From contig OZ037833.1 of the NCBI GenBank assembly GCA_964035575.1, forward strand, positions 1,674,001-1,738,000: a stretch of 64,000 nucleotides of DNA. Direction: 5' to 3'. This DNA is from Rhynchopus sp. YZ270_cl-10 (lineage: Eukaryota). Position 1 is the first letter of the stretch. Every line of letters starts with the position of its first letter. Below the pieces are notes generated by a model. The model was not told where the DNA came from and did no database searches. It saw nothing but the letters and a program-made list of their open reading frames with translations. Made by a program: the position numbers and the translations under genes. Shown here in pieces: positions 47,355 to 64,000 of the stretch.

Positions 47355-49574
47355 TCATATTTCTCTTGATGCCATGATATCAAGGGTTCGGCTGCGACGA
47401 CCGGCTTCTTCATCTGCGATAGCACAAAGGGCAACTTCGTCGAGTGTTTTCGTTTCTCTGACCATGTCAACATCGAGGAGGTCTGACATCATGTCGTCAC
47501 CACATTCGGAGCCACTTCGGCTGCTTTCAATCTCGGGGATAACGTCAAGCACGTTATCACCACCACCCAGGTCGCACACTATGTCAAATGTCTCGTTCTC
47601 AATCGTCCCAATCGACGGTGGCGCACAGTTCCCCGTAGGGTACTGTGAAGCTGACGACGCCGGCGTCGGGTCCACCACGGGAGTGTCCTCCCACTTCTGC
47701 GAATGGAACACCACGCTCTGCCGTGCGCTCGCCCGTGTGAACAGCCCCCCGCACCACTCTCCGCTCGTCTGAACCACCCCATTCACCGGGCACGTATTCG
47801 AGCGGGGTCCCTACGAGGTAAAGGAGGTGTGGAGAGGGATAAATGATTGCAGTGTATACCTGAAGAACGTCCTGTCCCCAGTGTCGGGTGGGTTCGGTCT
47901 GGCTGCGCTTTTCCTTGGCAACAGAGCAAGAGTCGTTCTTTTGACTGAGCGCCTTCAAAATAATGTCGACGTGGACGGGGCGCACACCTGATATGGGGTA
48001 TTGTTTTGATAAATTAGAAATTAAATTCTGGTATTTTTCAGGCACAATGTGAAGTGCGGGGAAGGTTTTTAAGAACTTTTGTCATGCTAACCTCAGTATC
48101 ACTTAGGTAAAAAAGTGCGGGGGGAAAAAAACAAAAAGAGTAAAGAGACGCTGGGGATGGGGATACGGCACCATACCTATTTCCTCAAGACTGCTGCGCT
48201 CAACGCCGACCAGCTGCTGCGCGTAGTCGTAGCCTTCTTCCTTCAGTTTTTCGGTGTATCTCTGTTTGTCATGTTTTGTTATTACTTTTTGTCTTTTTCG
48301 AACAGCTTTTTTGAAAAATCATAATGTCATACCGTGAGACGCAGCTCTGTCAGGAAGTCTGCCATAGAGAGGAGCAGAAGGAGGGAGTCAATCGGCATGA
48401 TTTCATCTGCGGGCTCTAGACCTGCCTCTGCGGGGGACTGGAGGATGGGGTTTGTGAAGTAGCAGCGGGCCTTGATGGTGTCAGATCCGACGTCGATTTC
48501 AATGCCATTGAGCCAACCGCAGAGCTTGAAGGGCTCTTCACGGCGTCCCCACTCGAGGATGGCACCACCACCCTCCTGCCCGGGGGTGACCAACGTCGGT
48601 GGGTCAAGACCATGCGCGGCAAGCACCGCATACACCTCCTTCTCCAGCACATCCCATTCGTACACGATCACGGCGCGTGATGGACTTACCTTGGACTCGG
48701 CCTCGACAGATGGCTCTTCGTTGCGGAGAGAATACATGAGCTTCTCAGACAGCACGCCACTCCAGTTGGAAGCGTTCGGCAGTGTAGACTTCGCAGTGGT
48801 GATCTTCTTCCCAAAGATGCCAAAAGAGTCGAAGCACCGCCTCATCCGCTCTGCGTCCTCCTCGGTGTGGAACTGAATGATCGCCTTCTTCGCATTGTGC
48901 GACAACACCTTCGCCGCAACGATCTTGCCGTACTGGCTGCCTACACGGAACAGCATGTCGGCAGTGATGATGGGCTCCTCTTTGTTCGGTGGGTCCGGCA
49001 GGCCAGAGAGGTAGATGCACGTCCCGACCTTGCCAGGGGGGAGCGACGAAGTGCACTTCGGGATCTGCCCCTTCATCTCATCCTCCTGCCGCGGGACAAG
49101 CCAGCCGTCCCCAGCGACCTGCTCGCCCCAGAGGAAGTTGTACGGCGAGGTGCGCTCCTTCTCCTCGATGCTTGTGTTCAGCTCTTCGTACGTCTGGTTG
49201 TTCTCGTTCTCCTTCTTGAAGGAGAGTTCTGGGACAGTCGAGAAGACGATGACGAAGGTGCACTTCCAGGGCTGGTCGTCCACACCTGTTGCCTCGATGT
49301 CACGCCCGTTGAGGTACTCCATCGCAAGCGACGCTGTCTCATGTGTTTCGTACTGCACAAGGACCTGCTCCTTGCAGTCGCGCTGGGAAGTGAAGAGCGA
49401 GATCTTCTCGACCTTACCGAACTGCGACATCAGCCAGAACACGGTCTCAAGCTTTGCCTCCCCGTCAGTCGTCGTCTCAAGGTCCCTCAGCACCACCAGC
49501 AAGACACGTGCTGTGGTTGCCTGTGCACGTGCGGGGCGGTTCTGCTTGCGCCCATTCTTTCCACGCTTCCCCAT
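47355..49574 (-). CDS. PTB/hnRNP-L-like RRM protein with SAM domain, paralog 3; 4 exons 49574-48333, 48261-48177, 47987-47860, 47810-47355 (~636 aa)
   Basis: Same RRMs. Spliced SAM-like SMADFLTELRLTRYTEKLKEEGYDYAQQLVGVERSSLEEIGVRPVHVDIILKAL. The 85-bp exon has the same size and phase as in paralog 1. Confidence 0.85.
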
Positions 49575-50049
49575 TGTCAAACGCTCACCCTCACAGCAAC
49601 ACTCAAGAATGTGCTCTGTTGTGTAAAGGGCACAAAAATGTGAAGGTGAGGGGGGTGTGCGGAGGGTGGGGGAGGGTGGGTTCTGGTGTTGTGATGAGCT
49701 GGGGGGGAGGAGAGGGGTGAGGGTGGGGGAAGCAATGGTGTAGAGGGTGGGGATATGTTTGGATTGCTCTTTCTTGTCCGTACTGTTAGTTTTATTTTTA
49801 AAAGTGACGAATCAAGTTTGCTTCGCATCCCTTTCCATTCGGTTGAGAGTGGAAAAAGAAATCCGCAAAAAGCAGAGACTAAAACTGCAATGTCAAAGGA
49901 GGCCTTTCGAGTTGGCGTACTATCAAGCTCTCAGTACCTCTATTGTTTTTGTCGTTGCGAAATCCCCAAAAAAAATATAAAAATCACATAAATCACACAA
50001 TACACGTTTACAAAGATGCTTTATTCGCTAAAACATCTTCAAAAACAAC

Positions 50050-52252
<2,203 letters not shown>

Positions 52253-53118
52253 ATTGTCAGTGATATCTGAATTTTGTTTGGTGAAAAAGAGGGGAGATGG
52301 TGTGTGGTATTGTTAGGTTGAGCCGGCTGTGGTATGCACTTGAAGAATTCGATATTGCACCGCATGAGCGGAAAATAAATTGCGCAGATCATGCTCACCA
52401 CAGTGAATAGGGTATGTAGAGAACGTTCACCTCAACACGTACCGACCCCTCCAGATCCATCCAGCCACATTATGTGACAACACACAAACCACTAATACAA
52501 GCTGCGCATGCAAAAAGCACTGCATCTCTCCGGGGGTGTCTTGCTGTCCTCACAGAGTAATCGCATTCAATTCTTCTGAAACTAGTCAGGAAAGCTGTCC
52601 GACGTTGGAAGAACAGACACGACAAATGCCATTCTCGTTGTGGCAGAGTGAGAACATACTGACATGGGGAGAACATTGCTGACAGCAACGACTCATATCG
52701 GATAGCGGAACTAGGTCAGGTCAGTACGAATCGTGAATATAGGTGACAGAGAATTAAAACAAAAGTAAAGAAGAAGACTTTCAAATCCATTATTTTTTCC
52801 GCCCCGAAAATCGCTCCTCATTTTTGGAAGTGCACACGGTACCCCCGATAACGCGTGTATAACGTATCAGGGATGCACAACTTCACGAAACCAAAAAAAA
52901 AAAAAACAAAAAAAAAAGAAAAGTAAACTAAAGAATAAATAAATCAATGAAACGACGGTCCCGACTCATCATGGCCTCACCTTCAATGAGAGTACACATG
53001 GACCGTCAATCAGCTTATTAAATTCTGAGCAAAGCCCCTTTCGTTCTGCTTGCCGATAATTTTCTGAAAATACATTAAACAAGGCACGTAATACTTGGTA
53101 TGAGGAACGCTAAACAAC

Positions 53119-55334
<2,216 letters not shown>

Positions 55335-55912
55335 ATTAACTTGTAAAATGATATCTGTTGTGAAGTGTGGGGCACAGGAGTCAGAACAATGGTACGCCCT
55401 GCATAGTCAACAAGGAAACCCCTCTCTGCGTTCACAATACAGGAACGGAATACAGGTCACGAGAAGAATCCAAGAAGTACAAGAAAGGCTTTGTGTGCAT
55501 AGAGCAAAGCCGAACCGGTGGCGTTGTGTGTTTGCTGTGCAAAGCAACGCACATAGGACACACGCTCCGGAAGTGGCAGCACAAGGGTAGGTACGTGGAG
55601 TGTCATCGTTTATTGCCACACTTTGGGGGTAAAGAGAAAAGTACGTGTGATGGTAAAGTAAAAATAATTCCCCCTCAACCTTAGCGCAGAAGGTTCCCTT
55701 TTTTTTTCGTACTGCACTGGGATGAAATCGTTTGCACAATCATCATGAGATCGTTCGAAATAAACCAAAAGCAAAAACACGGCACCCCTCATGCACTGAA
55801 TGCTACCATACCGACAGCATTACCGCCCTCAGGGTGCTAACTGCGTTTCCGATATCACGTGTACCGTGAATCAGGAATGGTTGAAAAAAACAAAACTATT
55901 TTTTTTTGAAAA

Positions 55913-58778
<2,866 letters not shown>

Positions 58779-59371
58779 TTTATAGCTGATTATCTGTTCA
58801 GGAGATAGAGACTGGGGACAATAGGTTTGAATATGTAAAGATAGAGGATCGGGGGTACGTGTCGCTTATTTTCCCAACTACGTCCGTCCACTTTAAGTGC
58901 CAAATCAGGGGTTCTTTCCGTTTGACCATAAGGGACCTCTTCACACACAGTCAACAAGCTGACTGCACCGATCGAAAGAAAACAGCAACCAAACTCACAC
59001 TACAACTTGTCCGAAAACAAAATGTGTGCTCGTAGAGCTGCAAGAGAGAGAGAAAAGTATGCAAAAAGTACAAACGTTTCAAAATTAGTTAATGTGCCAT
59101 TTTTACGGTGTAGTTACGCGTAAATGACAACAAACTGCTAAGACCCAAAAAAGTGCAGAGCAGCTGATGGACTTAAAAACAAGGAAACGAAAAAGAAAAT
59201 AAAGCTTGCATCAATCGGCCACAACACTCACACCCTCCCTCGAATACTCCCTCACAAAAATAAAAAGTCCCAAAAATGAAAAAAAAAGGGGGGGTGGTAA
59301 ACATAAAAACGAACATCACGAACAAGGCTGTGTATGTTCGGGGGGGTGGGGGGATTCATAAACTATTCTGA

Positions 59372-61592
<2,221 letters not shown>

Positions 61593-62652
61593 TTTTTGAT
61601 TAATACCTGTGTTAATGGTGCATCAGGGATGAAGGTAGGGTAAAGAAGGGTTGTCTTTTATTATTCGATTGCGTGCGCACGCTTTGCTTTGCACTCTTTC
61701 GTGCACAACTGCCGCCAAAATGCTTCAAGCTTCTCGGGCATAGTGTACAGACGTCAGCGGACGCAGACACCTGCCTTCACCGCATTTTATATATGCACGA
61801 CATGGGTTATTATGACATTTGGTTCTGGATACTGCGATATGCTGGCTGAAGACGTACACAACATTACTGATCCCCCCGACGAAACAAGCAACGTGTAATA
61901 GGAAAAGCCACGTTGCAGCGTTTATGTGAATCTAAAGCGGAAAACATACGCCAAAGAGGAGGTGAAGGCGAGGGGGAGAAAAGGTGGGACACAGAGGCAA
62001 CAACTCTTACGTATTTGCGCAGGAAAACAAATCAACAAACAAAATGGGGGGGAAATAATAGCAGTCTAATCAGCCCACGAAATGAAACACACACAAAAAA
62101 AAATAATAAAAACGGGGTTTACCTGGGCTCAAGAAAGGGTGTTACGTTATAGACCCTGTTGCACCCGTTTTTCATCTCATAAATGAAAAGAAGAAGGGAA
62201 AAAAAAAAACGAGAAAGTTGTTAATACCCCCGACACCAGTGGATGCAGGCGCTATGAAAAAAAATGGAAAAACTGGTTCTAGACCCGGGTGGTATTTTGC
62301 GGTTGGTGTCCTAAGAAAGAGTGGGGCGGAGCGAGAGAAGTGCCCCACATTCTAGGAGTACCGTTACAACAAGACATAGTTGCAGATATGTTCTCTTTTT
62401 TTGCTTTTTTGCTTTTTTTGTTGTTTTTTGCCGCCTGTCTCATAGTTGTCTTCCCTCTGCCGAGCATTTTTTGCTAGCTTTGCACTCAAGGCTTCAGATA
62501 TTCAGACAACAGCCAAACTTTTTACATTACGAGGAGAAAAAAATGCCCCATGAAAAATTCTACAAGGTTAGATAGATCACCCACCCCTTCCCCCTTTTTT
62601 ATGTCCTCAACACATTCCCACCCCTGTCCACTTTTCTTTTTCACTTTTTACT

Positions 62653-63812
62653 TCAGAGGAGACCGCACTGCCCTTTGATGAGCGTCTCGTAGCCTTGGAT
62701 GGCTTCGTTGTCCTTCTTGACAATGGCGTCTATGAGAACGGGCATTTCCCTGTTGACATCGAGAGAGTCTGCAAGGAAGAGGAGCAGAGGGAAGTCTGCC
62801 ATCTGCTCTGTGAAGGGGCGTGCACGGCGCTTTGCATCCTGCAGGAAGATCTTGACGTTGTTCCATGTTGGTGGTGCGTCGCCAGGCCGTGTCGGGCGGA
62901 TGAATCTGTTCCCAATTCTGTCCGACGTAAAGCCCCCGATCGGGACCGGCACCGTAAACCACACAGTGTCCACATCATAGGTGCTCTCCTTCGACACTAA
63001 GGTCTTTCCTGCGCCAGGCTTGCCCTCTTTCTGTTGTGAAAAAAAAAATTGAAAATTTTGAATCCGCGTTCACATACCTCCTGCACTGCCTCCAGCTCAC
63101 GCTCGGAGTGGACAAACTTTGGTGTTGCGCCTTCAGAGAGGGTACCTTCTCTGAAGATGTCGACGCATTGCTTGGAGACTTGGTAGCCTTCGACGTTGAT
63201 GCTTTGCTGGTCCTGCCCGATGCGCACTTGCACAAGGCAGCAGTGGTGGCCGTACTTCGCTTGCTGCTCCGCACAGAGGAGCACCTCCTGCGCTGTAAGC
63301 ACGGGGTCCTCCGGGGACGCGTACGGTGCCGAAACCATAAGCCCCACACGCTGCAGGCCAAGAAGCTTTGCTACCTTGTCAGCCTTCTCTATCCGCGAAT
63401 CGGGAAGAAGCTTTAAATGGTCCGGCTTGCACTCCTGTTCCGGTTCATAGCAGGTATGAACGTGAGAGACACCATCCTTCACAGTTCCGTAGAGAATGGC
63501 TGCCCGCAAAAACGAAAAGTTTCTTGTCCGCAGAAACGACTGAAACATATCAGCAGTGTCGCTGTCTACCTCTACCTTGGTGACGGTGTCGCTCTTCTTC
63601 TGTCGCATGATGCGCTGGTATTTGTTGACAATCTCCTCGTACTCCTTCATCTGAATCTGCTTTGGAGGGTCGGAGAAGTACTTCCCGCCGATGACCTTTC
63701 CCTTTTTTTCTTTTGGCGCTGCGGGGGCGGTGCCTTCAGCTTTCTGCCGCGCATTACGCTCGGCATGCTGCCTTCTAATCTCTGCAAGCTGCTCCTGCAT
63801 ACTGGGTTGCAT
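62653..63812 (-). CDS. NPL4: NPL4-like (Cdc48/p97 cofactor, MPN-type domain); exons 63812-63078, 63030-62653 (~370 aa)
   Basis: FQSFLR..NFSFLRAAILYG, YEPEQE, ADKVAKLLGLQRVG, VEGYQVSKQCV, ADFPLLLFL. A 47-bp GT-AG intron joins the two ORFs in frame. Confidence 0.8.
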
Positions 63813-64000
63813 TGCAATAGGGTATTTGTTGCGTCTGAATCTGACAGTTGATAGGTGGAAGGGAGAGGGGAGAGGGGAGAGGAGGGAAAATGGTGTTCTT
63901 TTTTTTTTGGAAAGTTGCCCGAAAACGTATCGGCAAAATAAAAAACAAAATCTGACGCATTCTGCAATAGTGGAATATAAAGAAGAAACCAGATGAAGGA

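Overview
Eukaryotic genomic DNA. All 14 protein-coding genes I can support lie on the minus strand, with short GT-AG introns (mostly GTATG donors) and A/T-run-rich spacers. This resembles a euglenozoan (diplonemid-like) directional gene cluster, which is an inference. Genes by coordinate: WDR4/TRM82, a cytochrome b5-FMN hydroxyacid dehydrogenase ending in a PTS1-like -ARM, a COPI-associated/mucin/Cys-rich membrane protein, RRP4, an EF-hand protein with a dynein-MTBD-like segment, a 1857-aa C-type lectin surface protein, three PTB/hnRNP-L-like RRM paralogs (two with a spliced SAM domain, one without), four tandem BiP genes and NPL4. The 6-12 kb gene-free tracts downstream of the RRM paralogs carry several families of short co-oriented hairpins whose G.U wobbles and compensatory changes fit the transcribed (minus) strand, so they are candidate RNA regulatory elements or ncRNAs. 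The same tracts hold small inverted-repeat elements with 5-, 6-, 8- and 18-bp flanking duplications and a degenerate Crypton-like tyrosine-recombinase element. A (GCCTAAA)15 telomere-like array sits inside a hairpin copy in the intron of the middle paralog. All calls come from reading the sequence by eye; no database searches were run.
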